This document shows, piece after piece, positions 48,281 to 61,292 of a DNA stretch of 64,000 nt. Location of the stretch: contig OX597814.1 in assembly GCA_951406725.2 (NCBI GenBank), positions 190,774,001 through 190,838,000 on the forward strand, in the 5' to 3' direction. Origin of the DNA: Octopus vulgaris. Lineage: Eukaryota. How positions within the stretch are numbered: the first letter of the stretch is position 1; each line of letters opens with the position of its first letter. Made by a program: the position numbers and the translations under genes. The notes below the pieces were generated by a model that was not told where the DNA came from, did no database searches, and saw only the letters and a program-made list of their open reading frames with translations.

Positions 48281-50996
48281 GTAAAACCCTATCATGTGGC
48301 TTTGTTTTTATAGTTGGTTTGCAGGATTTATCATCATCATCATTGTTTAACGTCCGTTTTCCATGCTAGCATGAGTTGGATTGTTCGACCGGGGTCTGGG
48401 AAGCCAGGAGGCTGCACTAGGCTCCAGTCTGATCTGGCAGTGTTTCTACAGCTGGATGCCCTTCTTAATGCCAACCACTCCATGAGTGTAGTGGGTGTGT
48501 TTTACATGCCACCAGCACAGAGGCCAGAGGAGGCTGGCAACGGCCACGATCGGTTGGTGCTTTTTACATACCACCGGCACGGACGCCAGTCAAGGTGGCG
48601 CTGGCATCAGCCACGTTTGGATGGTGCTTTTTATGTGCCACCTGCATGGGTATCACGACTACAATTTCTGTGAATTCATGTAGGATCAAATTTTGTTGTC
48701 TTGGAAGAGTAGAAAGAAGGCAAGTCACTAAGTCACTGAAAAGATTGCAAACAGCAATAAAAGAACTTTGACTAACAAACAAGCAATCGATTGTTTAGCC
48801 AGCGTATTAAACAAACAATTGCTTAGTTAGTTGGTTAGATATTTAATCAAATGACTGATAATTAAGAAGTGGAATTGAACCTGTACGTGTGTTATTATTA
48901 TTGAGAAAACCCAGCAAGTCAAGTGAGACCATAACCTCATGGCTTATGCCAGGAGTGTAGCCAGTCCACTTACGCGTACCTTTCCTTCATTGGACACTAA
49001 ACTCTGCTTGCAAAGACATGTTGAGGCAAGTGAAATTGAAATTGAAATCAAATTCGACGACTGACATCCGTGCCAGTGGAGCACTAAGAGCACCATCCAA
49101 GCATGATCGTTGCCAGAGCAGCTAACTGGCTTCCATGCTGGAGGCACGTAAAAAGCACCATTCAAGCGTGATCGTTATCCACGTCACCTTACTGGCACTT
49201 GTGCTGGTGGCACATGAAAAAAAATTTGAGCGAGGTCGTTGCCAGTGCTGCTGGACTGGCTCCTGTGCAGATGGCACGTAAAAAACACTATTTGAGTGTG
49301 GCCATTGCCAGTTCCACCTGACTGGCCCTCATGCCGGTGACACGTAAAAGCACCCACTACTCTCTTGGAGTAGTTGGCTTTACGAAGGGCATCCTGCTGT
49401 AGAAACTCTGCCAGATCAGATTGAAGCCTGGTGCAGCCATCTGGTTCACCAGTCCTCAATCAAATCGTCCAACCCATGCTAGCATGGAAAGCAGACGTTA
49501 AACGACGATGATGATGATGTTGACAAACTGGCAGAATCAATACCATGCTGGACAAAATGCTTCACAGCATTTTGACTGTCTTTACATTTAGAGTTCAAAT
49601 TCCACCATGCTCAACTTTACCTTTCATCCTATAATGCTGCTACACCAGTCATTAAGGTATGACCCCTTTCCTGGACAACCCGATTAACTATACTGGTGAT
49701 TTAACCATTTCCTACATCATCATCATCATCATCATCGTTTAACGTCCGTTCTCCATGCTAGCATGGGTTGAATGGTTCGACCGGGGATCTGGGAAGCCAG
49801 AAGGCTGCACCAGGCGCCAGTCTGATCTGGCAGTGTTTCTACAGCTGGATGCCCTTCCTAATGCCAACCACACCATGAGTGTAGTGGGTGCTCTTTATGT
49901 GCCACCTGCACAGGTGCCAGGGGAGGCTGGCAATGGCCACGATCGGATTGGTGCATTTTACATGCCACCAGCACGGAAGCCAGTCAAGGCGGCGCTGGCA
50001 TCGGCCACGATTCAGATGGTGCTTTTTACGTGCCACTGGCACTATCTGATATTTGAAGCATCTTGGCAGAAATTCCTAATGGACCTGGGGCTTTCCCTGT
50101 CCTCACATACTTTTGATTGCTTGATCTTTCCTACTGCTGTTAACTAGGATAGCTAATCCCTCTTATTTCTTTACTACCCACAAGGGGTTAAACACAGAGG
50201 GGACAAAAACAAGGACAGACAAAGGTATCAAGTCGATTACATCGACCCCAGTGCGTAACTGGTACTTAATTTATCGACCCCGAAAGGATGAAAGGCAAAG
50301 TCAACCTTGGCGGAATTTGAACTCAGAATGTAACGGCAGACGAAATACCTATTTCTTTACTACCTATAAGGGGCTAAACACAGAGAGGACAAACGGATTA
50401 AGTCAATTATATCGACCTCAGTGCGTAACTGGTACTTAATTTATCGACCCCGAAAGGATGACAGGCAAAGTCGACCTCGGTGGAATTTGAACTCAGAACA
50501 TAACAGCAGACGAAATACCACTAAGCATTTTGCCCGGCGTGCTAACATTTCTGCCAGCTCACCTTAGGATAGCTAATCGCTCTGTTGGGTCCACATTAAG
50601 AAGGCTCTTTCTCCTATGTATTTTTCACTTTTAATAGCTTTTCATAGTAGGATTTCCATGCCTCTTTCTTTTCAGAATCATTAAGTACAAGCATATTGTC
50701 ATCTCTTTCCCTCTTTTATACATGTGTGTGTGCACAGTACCTTGGGCAAATGTCTACTATAGCCTTGGCCAGCCAGACAAACATGTTCAATTTCAGACAT
50801 TTGGATGCTGTTCTTTAATGCAGTAAAGTGTTCCCTCGATGATCTGTTATGGTTAACAATCCATTTGCACTTAGAAAATCCAGTGCAGAGATTTCAAAAA
50901 CCATGATGCTGAAATGATAAAACCTCATTGTCATAATTTCTCACATATAAATAAATTAATAAATAAATTAATAAATAAATACTATATATATATAAA

Positions 50997-51037
<41 letters not shown>

Positions 51038-51379
51038 CACACACACACTTCTATAAATATATTTATTTTGAAATGTAAACATGCTAACAAAACAAAAGAA
51101 GGCTTGGCCACTTATTTCTCTCTATGCCAGATACATGGCTGTAATCAGTCTCTCTCTCTCTCTCTCTCTCTGTCCTCCCTCAAGAGCAGAAGGAGGGAGT
51201 GACATAAATCTACTGTGATGTGTAACTTGTCTTGCTTTCTAATCAACCTCATCTGGATCAGGCTCTTGGACAGATCTCTAAACCAATATTTTTGTAATAT
51301 GGTTTTTCACTATAAATAAACATCTTTTCGATTTTTTTTTTCTTTCACTTTTTTTTCAACTTTCTTTTGTTTTGTTTAG

Positions 51380-51436
51380 TCCCTTCCCATCAATGCCATA
51401 AGAGGAAACCAGTCGCCAGCACTTCACGAAAGACAG
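51380..51436 (+). CDS. CEP95: CEP95 coding exon 12 (VPSHQCHKRKPVASTSRKT)
   Basis: Long pyrimidine tract, tttag / gtttgt, phase 1-1 (skippable in frame). Confidence 0.7.
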
Positions 51437-51912
51437 GTTTGTTGTTATAATTTTATTGTCTCACTCATTGACTGGTTACTTGTTATTGTTGAGCCTAGTC
51501 TCTCTGATGACAGAGAGATGCTATGAGATTGTAAAGGGGTCCCAGTAAATTGATATCATCGCTGTTCTCATGCTTGCGTGGGTCGGACCAGTCAGAATTT
51601 GAGGTAGACTTTCTACAGCCAGATTCCCTTCCTGTTGCCAATCCTCACTTGTTTCCAAGCAAATTAATATTTCCCCATGGCCAGATGTGTTTTACATACT
51701 CTTTTACTCTTTTACTTGTTTCAGTCATGTGACTGTGGCCATGCTGGAGTACCGCCTTTAGTCGAGCAAATCGTCCCCAGGACTTATTCTTTGTAAGCCT
51801 AGTACTTATTCTATCGGTCTCTTTTGCCGAACTGCTAAGTTACAGGGACATAAACACACCAACGTCAGTTGTCAAGCGATAGTGGAGGACAAACACAGAC
51901 ACACAAACATAT

Positions 51913-51949
<37 letters not shown>

Positions 51950-52944
51950 CGATGGGTTTCTTTCAGTTTCCATCGACCAAATCCACTCACAAGGCTTTGG
52001 TCGGCCCAAGGCTATAGTAGAAGACACATGCCCAAGGTGCCACACGGTGGGACTGAACCCGGAACCATGTGGTTGGTAAGCAAGCTACTTACCACACAGC
52101 CACTCCTGTGTCTATGAAAATTTGAAATGAACAGTATCGCTTGTATGACAATGTCACTCACTTTATATGATATCAAGAAAAGACAACCTCCACACAAACA
52201 CACACACACACACACACACGATGGGCTTCCACACAGTTTCCACCTACTAAATTCACTCACGAGATATTGGTTGGCCGGGGTTATAGTAAACATTTGCCCA
52301 AGGTACTGTGCAGTGGAACTGAAGCTGAAGCCACATGGTTGGCAACTGTGTTTCTTAACCACACAGCCATTTTTAATAAAATTTGCTTGGAGGTTTTATG
52401 CTGTATATGTATATCATCATCATCATCGTTTAATGTCCGTTTTCCATGCTAGCATGGATTGGATGGTTCAACCGAGGTCTAGGAAGACAGGAGGCTGCAC
52501 CAGGCTCCAGTCTGATCTGGCAGAGTTTCTACTGCTGGATGCCCTTCCTAATGCCAACCGCTCTGTGAGTGTAGTGGGTGCTTTTTATGTGCCACTGGCA
52601 CAGGGGCCAGAGGTGGCTGGCAACGACCATGATCGGTTGGTGCTTTTTACGTACCACCAGCACGGATGCCTGTCAAGGTGGCACTGGCATCGGCCACGTT
52701 CGGATGGTACTTTTTTTCTTGCCACCAGTACGGGTATCACAACTACAATTTCCATTTGATTTTGATGATGTACTTGACACAATAGGTCTCCTCAAGCACA
52801 GTAGGTCGTCCTACGATCCAAGGTAAGTATAACAGGCCATCCTGCGAGCCATGAGCTCACTTCATTTGTTGTATATATACATATATATATATATATCATC
52901 ATCATCATTGTTTAACATCTGTTAAATGCTACTGCTGATGATGA

Positions 52945-52980
<36 letters not shown>

Positions 52981-53359
52981 GAGCTGAACCCATGAAAAAT
53001 TCACGGAAAATATAAAAAGATGTAAGCATCTGTAAATTGTGTGCTGGTGCTATGAGAAATGTTCCTATATTGTGACAGTTAAAGGCAGTGAGCTGGCAGA
53101 ATCGTTAGCACCATTGTTGGGCTGCAATCCAATGACTTGAACTTAGACTTAGGCCTGCCATACACTCTGAGACTCAGCAAGCAGGAACTGGTTTCTATGG
53201 CAAATAACCTTTCTTCCTGAATAGGACACTGCACTGTCATAGCATTGACTTCTCTGCTATACTGGAACCCTTTTTTGTTGAGGAAGATTTTCTGACTGGA
53301 TGCCCTTCCTGTCACCAACTCTCTCCCATTTCCAAGCAAGCTAATATTTTCCCATAGCT

Positions 53360-53689
53360 TTTAAAAAAGACTCCGCCGGTTACGACGACGAGGGTCCCAG
53401 CTGATACGATCAACGGAACAGCTTGCTCGTGAAATTAACGTGCAAATGGCTGAGCATTCCACAGACACGTGTACCCTTAACGTAGTTCTCGGGGATAATC
53501 AGCGTGACACAGAGAGTGACAAGGCTGACCCTTTGAAATACAAGTACAACTCATTTTTGCCAGCTGAGTGGACTGGAGCAACGTGAAATAAAGTGTCTTG
53601 CTCAAGGACACAATGCGTCGCCGGGAATCGAACTCACAACCTTACGATCATGAGCCGAATGCCCTAACCACTAAGCCACGCGCCCTCAC
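53360..53689 (-). mobile_element. Young tRNA-headed CORE-like SINE (family D), 12-bp TSD
   Basis: Minus-strand head gggcgcgtggcttagtggttaggg...gagttcgattccc then gtccttgagcaagacac; TSD tttcccatagct at 53348-53359 and 53690-53701. Older copies at ~32835, 37775, 38205. Confidence 0.9.
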
Positions 53690-54176
53690 TTTCCCATAGC
53701 TAGACTTTTGTGAATAGCCTTGCTTTGTTGTTGTTGTTGTCATCGTCATTGCTGTTGTTGTTGCTGTTGCTATTGTTGCTGATGTTGTTGTTGTTGATGA
53801 TGATGATTTACAACCATTACATGATGTCTAAAACAAGGATACACACACATACTCTTTCTCTCTCTCACTTTCACTCCCCTCCCTCTCTGTCACTCTCTCT
53901 CTCTCTCTTTCTCTCTCACTCTTTCTATCTCTCTGTCACTCTTTCTCTCTCTTTCTTTCTCTCTCTCTCATACACACAGACACACATACATACATGATGG
54001 GCTTCTTTCAGTTTCCACTCACAAGGCTTTAACCAGCCTGGAGCTACAATAAAAGACACTGCTTCAAGGTACCAGGCAGTGGCACCAAACTCAAAGTCCA
54101 TATGGTTGGGAAGCAAGCATCTTAATCACTCAGTCACACCTGTGCCTACATCTTGGATTATTTCTTTACATTTCAG

Positions 54177-54343
54177 AAATTAGTGGAGAAGATCTGCTTC
54201 CCACATTGCTTGATGACCTCCCACTTCTGCATCTGTCTACAGAGACATGGCACGAACTCTGGCGAAAAAACATTGTTCAGTTGGAACATCTGACTAAGTC
54301 TTACTATGAGAAACATCGCAAAAGAGACAGTACAAGACAGCAG
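54177..54343 (+). CDS. CEP95: CEP95 coding exon 13 (EISGEDLLPTLLDDLPLLHLSTETWHELWRKNIVQLEHL...RQQ)
   Basis: tttcag / gtatgt, phase 1-0; resembles CEP95 LLPLMLEQFPFLYVS...MWKQQIAQVEQL as recalled. Confidence 0.92.
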
Positions 54344-55431
54344 GTATGTATTCCAAATATCAGAGAAATGGAGTGCTATCATATTATATACACACATATA
54401 TATATACAGTGTTGGCCAAAAGTCACCTGACAGTAAATCAAAACCACTAACTGATGCAGTTTCTCTTCAGCCAGATTCTCTTTCCGTTATGAACCCTTAT
54501 CTATTTCCAAGCAAAAGTAATATTTCCCTGTTGTCAGACGTATTTTCACAGAATATTGAGAATGAATGACATTCATCTTTAAAACTATCATGCAATTTCA
54601 AGACAAGGAGACACAAATACATGCATACAAACACATACATATGCGCATGTGACTGGCTTCTTTCAGTTTCTGCCTACCAAATCCACTCTTAGCACTTTGG
54701 TTGGCCCAGGCCTATAATAGTACCACACAGTGTGGCTGAACCTGAAATCATGTGGTTGACAAGTAAACATAACCATGCCGTCACCTAACATCATCATCAT
54801 CATCATCGTTTAATGTCCACTTTCCATGCTAGCATGGGTTGGACAAATGACTGAGGGCTGGCAAACCAGATGGCTGTACCAGGCTCCAATCTGATCTGGC
54901 AGAGTTTCTACAGCTGGATGCCCTTCCTAACGCCAACCACTCCGAGAGTGTAGTGGGTGCTTTTACGTGCCACCAGCACGGGGTCAGTCAGGCGGCACTG
55001 GCAACGACCTCGCTCGAATCTTTTACACATGCCACCGGCGTGGGTGCCAGTAAGGCGATGCTGGTAACGATCATGCTCGAATGGAGTTTTTTACGTGCCA
55101 CCAGCACGGAGGCCAGATAGCCACTCTGGCAACAATCACGCTCAGATGGTGCTCTTAATACCCTACTAGCATGAGGCTCAAGTGGAACGCTGGTAACGAT
55201 CATGCTCAAATGATGCCTTTTAAGTGCCACTGGCACGGAGACCAGTTAGCTGCTCTGCAAACGATCACACTCGTATGGTGCTCTTTGCACCCTGCTAGCA
55301 CAGACGCCAGTCACGAACTTGATTTTGATTACACAAACATATAAAGATTAATAATAGTTTTAATGTTCCAGATGTGCAGATTAATTCTCATGTTTGATTA
55401 TTTCATTCCTGTTTTTTTTTTTGTCTTTCAG

Positions 55432-55506
55432 GTTAAAGAAGCTGAAAAACGACGAGAAATTCTTCATGATATTATGAAGAAAGAGCTTTCTCATATGCAA
55501 AGATTG
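55432..55506 (+). CDS. CEP95: CEP95 coding exon 14 (VKEAEKRREILHDIMKKELSHMQRL)
   Basis: tttcag / gtaaga, phase 0-0; resembles IEEALRRHDLL...KKEYEHNKRL. Confidence 0.92.
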
Positions 55507-57006
55507 GTAAGAGGACTCACTGCTACTGCTCCAATAGTCCAGTTTGGTATCTTTTGTTATGTGAATGTTTCATACCACCTTCAGAAGTCCTCCTCATCAT
55601 CATTATCATCATCATTATAACTAAAGCAATGGAGGGCATAATCTGTGCATTATAGCAGTCCTTCCTACAAATTTATAGCCTTCAGTCAATGTTAGAAGTG
55701 GATTAAGTTGATTATATCTACCCCAGTGTGTAACTGGTACTTATTTAATCGACCTCGAAAGGATGAAAGACAAAATTTGAACTTAGAATGTAAAGCAAGA
55801 AGAAATGCTACTAAATATTTAGTCCAGGGTGGTAACAATTCTAAGTCAATACCACCGAACCCCAGCACTTGTCATCATCTTCAACATCCAGTGTTTTAAA
55901 TCCAGGTTTTATCCCCGTTAACGGGAGTGCCAGATCTACTTCAAAAGTAAAAGTACATGTAAAAGTACCCACTACACTCTTGGAGTAGTTGGCGTTAGGA
56001 AGGGCATCCAGCTGTAGAAACTCTGCCAGATCAGATTGGAGCCTTGTGCAGCCATCTGGTTCGCCAGACCTCAGTCAAATCGTCCAACCCATACTATCAT
56101 GGAAAGCGGATGTTAAATGATGATGAAGGTGGCAAGCTGGCAGAATCGTTGGCATGCTGGATGAAATGCTTAGTGGTATTTCACCCATCGCTATGTTCTG
56201 AGTTCAAATTCCGCCAAGGTCGACTTTGCCTTTCATCTTTTCGGGGTCGATAAATTAAGTACCTGTGAAAACACCGGGGTTGATATAGTCAACTCATCCT
56301 CACCTCCCCATAAATTTGAGGCCTTGTGCCCCAAGTAGAAAGGATTATTTAAAGGTAGTGAGCTGGCAGAACCATGCTTAGCTGCATTTCCTCCAGTTTT
56401 TTATGTTCTAAGTTCAAATTCTGCCTTGGTTGACATTACCTTTTATTTTTCCGGGATCGATCAAATAAGTACTTGTTGAGCCCTGGGGTTCATCTAATTG
56501 ACTAATCCCCTCCTGGTAAATTTCAGGCTTTGTGCCTGGAGTAGAAAAGATTTATTATTATTCTTTTTTTATCTCAGGTTTTGTTGGAACTCCTTGGAGT
56601 CTTGCAGTGGGCTTGCTGCCTGCAGCCTACAGTACCATGCTATCTGTTCTTTTCAGCTGTTTTATACTTTCCTGATTATTCTGGCCATGCCAAGGAGGCA
56701 TATCCTTCATAACAGCCCTACTGGGCACTCTATTCTGATTTCCTTTAAATTCCTCTTGATGCCTTCTGATACTGTCCCCAAGGACCCAACAATCCATAGC
56801 CAGACTATTTCATACTTAAGAGGATTGTATATATCTATTTTTTTGCCATCCTTCTTAACTATTCATGGGTCAAAGGGGCATGCAACTTCACTTATATAGC
56901 ACACGTGGTTCACCTTGTCCAACACTACTTTGTCTGACTTGTTATGCTTTAACACCTGATCTGTTTGAAATTGTTGTTGTTGATGTTGTTGTTGTTATTA
57001 TTACAG

Positions 57007-57159
57007 AAAGAAATTAAAGAAAGCAAGAAACGGCGCATCGAAGTAAGAAATCGGTTGCATGAAAAACGGATCATATCAGCAAAGGCTCGGAGGTACTATG
57101 ATGATTTTTCAGTAAGAATGCGTTCTCGAATGATGAACCGGAAGACCAAAGAAGAATTG
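57007..57159 (+). CDS. CEP95: CEP95 coding exon 15 (KEIKESKK...AKARRYYDDFSVRMRSRMMNRKTKEEL)
   Basis: ttacag / gtgagt, phase 0-0; resembles RARKYYDDYRV...MMRMRTREE. Confidence 0.95.
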
Positions 57160-58249
57160 GTGAGTCTATCAGAATGTAGTTTATATTGTTTTTGAAGCAT
57201 TTTTTTTGTCAATTGAAATGACTAGTGACTGAGACTTTTGGAAATACGCTGTGCTTGAGAGGACCCGGCAAGCCAAATGAGCCCATAACCTCGAGGTCTA
57301 TGCCAGGGGCGTAACCAGCCCACTTATGCGTTCCTTTTCATTCTTTGGACACTAAACTCTGCTTGCGAAGACTTGTTGAGGCAAGTGAAATCAAAATCAA
57401 ATTCGATGACTGGCATCCGTGCTAGCAGGGTACAAAGAGCACCATATGAGTGTGATCGTTGACAGAGTGGCTAACCGGCTTCCGTGCCAGTGGCACATAA
57501 AAGGCACCATTTGAATGTGATCATTACCAGCGTCGCCTTACTGGCACTTGTGCCTGTGCTAGTAGGGTGCTAAGAGCACCATCTGAGCCTGATCGTTGCC
57601 AGAGTGGCTAACTGGCTTCCGTGCCGGTGGCATGTAAAAGGCACCATTCAAGCATGATCGTTACCAGCGTCGCCTTAATGGCACCTGTGCTGGTGGCATA
57701 TGTAAAAGGATTCGAGCGAGGTCGTTGCCAGTACTGCCTGACTGGCCCCTGTGGCATGTAAAAAACACCCACTACACTCTCGGAGTGGTTGGTGTTAGGA
57801 AGGGCATCCAGCTGTAGAAACTCTGCCAGATCAAGATTGGAGCCTGGTGCAGCCATCTGGTTTGCCAGCCCTCAATCAAATCCTCAAACCCATGCTAGCA
57901 TGGAAAGCGGACATTAAATGATGATGATGAGGAGGAGGAGGAGGAATTAAGTTTAAACTGGGCTTGATTTCTTCAATTACTAGTACTTCTAAAAGAGACA
58001 AACAATTTTGTCAAGAGTAGGAAACAAGTCAGATCAGATCGGATCATCTGGGGATGCTAGCTGTGATGGGTCAACAGCCTGTCTTTGGGTGGATTATTTC
58101 TTTTCTACTCCATGTGGTGCCATAAAACTGGATCTTCACACCAACCTTTAAAAGGGTTTTATGTTTGAGGTGATGTTCTTTCCCAGACTTTCTTGGAAAA
58201 GTTAACAGTGCTATCTTAGTCATTAAGTAATGCTTGTAATTAATTAAGT

Positions 58250-58630
58250 CGCCACTATCATTAGTACACTACCACCACGATCATTACACCTCTAATACCA
58301 TCGACTACCCTCCACATTCTCTACCATCACCACTCCACCACCACCATCGTCACTGCTACTACTACTACTACTATCATCACTCTACCATTAGCATTGCCTT
58401 TTCTGTTAAACAATGATGATGATGATGACTACCTCCATCTCTTCTATCACCATCACCATTACTACCATCACAACCAGTCCTGCAACCATTACCTTCATTC
58501 ACCAATGCCAAATCAATACCACAACCATCACTGCCACTATCATCACCATTATCACTACCACTTCCACCACTGCCACCACCACCACCACCATTGTTGACAC
58601 ATTTTCACTAGCATCTCCACCTCCACCACT
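58250..58630. repeat. Degenerate (CAC/CAT/TAC)n trinucleotide tract
   Basis: Seen directly; gives His/Thr-rich spurious ORFs. Confidence 0.9.
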
Positions 58631-58717
58631 ATCGAGTTCCTTTCATTTGTCGATAAGTAAAGCAAAATAAAACCCTCGTTCTTTTCTATGTTGCTTCCTC
58701 TCTTCTCAATGTTGCAG

Positions 58718-58851
58718 CTTTTCAAGAACATGTTCAAAGACTCTCTGCAAATGCAGAAAGCGCGAGTGCTGGAACTGCAGAAATATGTCGGTGAATTGAG
58801 GAAACAGAAAACTGAAGCATTGCAGAACGATATAAAATCTATGGAGAACTA
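58718..58851 (+). CDS. CEP95: CEP95 coding exon 16 (LFKNMFKDSLQMQKARVLELQKYVGELRKQKTEALQNDIKSMENY)
   Basis: gttgcag acceptor; ends at the U12 donor ATATCCTTT, phase 2; resembles IFKKLF...QKQRLRDLRNY...SMENY. Confidence 0.92.
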
Positions 58852-59688
58852 ATATCCTTTGAGCAGTTCACATTTCATTGTATTACAATAATTCTTGCTC
58901 TTTTTTTTTTTTTAGTTTTTGTGTTCTTTTTAAATGTTATTGTTGCTTTTTATTATTTGTGTGTGCAGAAGCCATGCCCAAAACAGACAGCAGAGCTTGG
59001 TGTAGTTTCTTTACTTGTCTGTTCTTATCAAACCATCCAACCCATACCAGCAGGGAAAAATGGACATTCAGTGGTGATGATGCTGATGATGATGTTGTGC
59101 TTTTATCTTTTAATCAGTTGTTAGACGGTGGCCATGCTGGAGCACCACCTTGAAGAATTTTAGTCAAACGAATCGACCCCCCCGGTACTGATATGTGTTT
59201 TTTTTTTTTAAAGTTTGGTGCTTAATCTATTGGTTTCTTTTGCCAAACTGCTAAGTTACAGGTACATTAAACACACCAACTCTGGATGTCAAGTAGTTGT
59301 AGGGGACAAATACAGACACAAAGACACACATACATACAAGCTGGAAGAACACTGTTGTATATATATATATGTATATATATATCATCATCATCATCATCGT
59401 TTAGCGTCCGTTTTCCATGCTAGCCTGGGTTGGACGGGTCAACTGGGGTCTGTGAAGCTGGAAGGCTTCGTCAGGCCCAGTCAGATCTGGCAGTGTTTCT
59501 ACGGCTGGATGCCCTTCCTAACGCCAAAGATGCCCTTCCTAATGCCATATGTATATATATATATATATATATATATCATCTTGGGCCACCAACCAAAGCT
59601 TTGTGAGTGGATTTAGTAGATGGAAGCTGAAAGAACTCTGTTGCGTGTGTGTCCAACCCATGTTAGCATGGAAAGCAGACATTAAATG

Positions 59689-59735
<47 letters not shown>

Positions 59736-60738
59736 TCTTCATCATCGTTTAACATCCGCTTTCCATGCTGGCATGTGTTGGACAATTTGACTGAGGTCTG
59801 GCGAACCAGGCTTCAATCTTGATCTGGCAGAGTTTCTACAGCTGGATGCCCTTTTGATGATGATGATGATATATATATAAATTATACAATTTTATGTAGA
59901 GATTGTTAACTTTTACAATACTCAGACTTAAAGTGCTCTAATTGAGCTAATTTCCAATTTATGATTTCAATGGAGGCAATACTAGCAGAAAACTAGAGGA
60001 ACATGACCGATTATCCAATAGAATATTCAATATATATATGTGCACTTTCATTGGACATTAATAAACCAATATAAAGTTCCAGATAATAAAGCACCAAAAC
60101 ACACAAGTATATGAACATATAAATATTTAATATTTAAAAATACGCAAATAGGCGCAGGAGTGGCTGTGTGGTAAGTAGCTTGTCTGCCAACCACATGGTT
60201 CCGGGTTCAGTCCCACTGCGTGGCACCTTGGGCAAGTGTCTTCTACTATAGCCTTGGGCCGACCTAAGCCTTGTGAGTGGATTTGGTAGACGGAAACTGA
60301 AAAAGCCCGTCGTATATATATGTATGCGTTTGTGTGTCTGTATTTGTCCCCTAGCATTGCTTGACAACCGATGCTGGTGTGTTTATGTTTCCGTTACTTA
60401 GCGGTTCGGCAAAAAGAGACCGATAGAATAAGTACTGGGCTTACAAAAGAATAAGTCCCGGGGTCGAGTTGCTCGACTAAAGGCGGTGCTCCAGCATGGC
60501 CGCAGTCAAATGACTGAAACAAGTAAAAGAGTAAATATTTTTAAATGGTTTTTTTAAAAATTACGTTGGCATTATAAATATATAAATACATAAATAGATA
60601 TACAAATAATTTCAAAATCAAAACTTCAAAGGCTGCACATGAAAACAAAATCAGTTCAGCTGAGAGAAAGCTATTGAAGTCAAAATGAATTAAGCTTTTG
60701 TTAATGAATTAAATGTTAGTTTTCTTAACCAATGTCAC
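58852..60738 (+). other. CEP95: U12-type (minor spliceosome) AT-AC intron
   Basis: 5' splice site ATATCCTTT; branch site TTTCTTAAC 60721-60729; 3' CAC; splicing restores SMENYYCDQF. Confidence 0.93.
60149..60533 (+). mobile_element. SINE family A, full length, inside the U12 intron
   Basis: Intact A and B boxes and tail. Confidence 0.9.
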
Positions 60739-60823
60739 CTACTGTGACCAGTTTGGGATGCTTGCAGAAGCAATGAAAAAACAATTAGCAGAGAAGCAAA
60801 TGATGCACAATGAACATATTAAG
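60739..60823 (+). CDS. CEP95: CEP95 coding exon 17 (YYCDQFGMLAEAMKKQLAEKQMMHNEHIK); gene continues past the window
   Basis: Follows the AC acceptor; donor AAG|GTGAGT; resembles YYKDQFSLLAEAI. No stop-containing exon found downstream. Confidence 0.92.
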
Positions 60824-61292
60824 GTGAGTCTTTTATCTTTATTGATTGTGTTGGCTAAGGTAGATTAACAGAAGTAGATTTTAACAAATAACCTGTGGGC
60901 TGTGGCATTATTGTGTGGTACATGGCTTGTAGCATGGTTATATGGCAGAAACATTAGCACGCCGGGCGAAATGCGTAACCGTATCTCGTCTGCCGTTACG
61001 TTCTGAGTTCAAATTCTGCCGAGGTAGACTTTGCCTTTCATCCTTTCGGGGTCGTTAAATAAAGTACCACTTTCGCACTGGGGTCGATGTAATCGACTTA
61101 ATCACTTTGTCTGTCCTTGTTTGTCCCCTCTATGCTTAGCCTCTTGTGGGCAGTAAAGAAATACATATGGTTTGTAGGTGGTAGTTGCAAAAATGAGTTG
61201 TACCTGTATATCAAAGAGTCAGCCTTGTCACACTCTGTGTCATATTGAATCTCCCTGAGAACTACATTAAGGATACACATGTCTGTAAGCGA

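Noticed and set aside
53615-53686. tRNA-like sequence with a CAT anticodon on the minus strand
   Set aside because: It is the head of a TSD-flanked SINE; the acceptor stem is incomplete.
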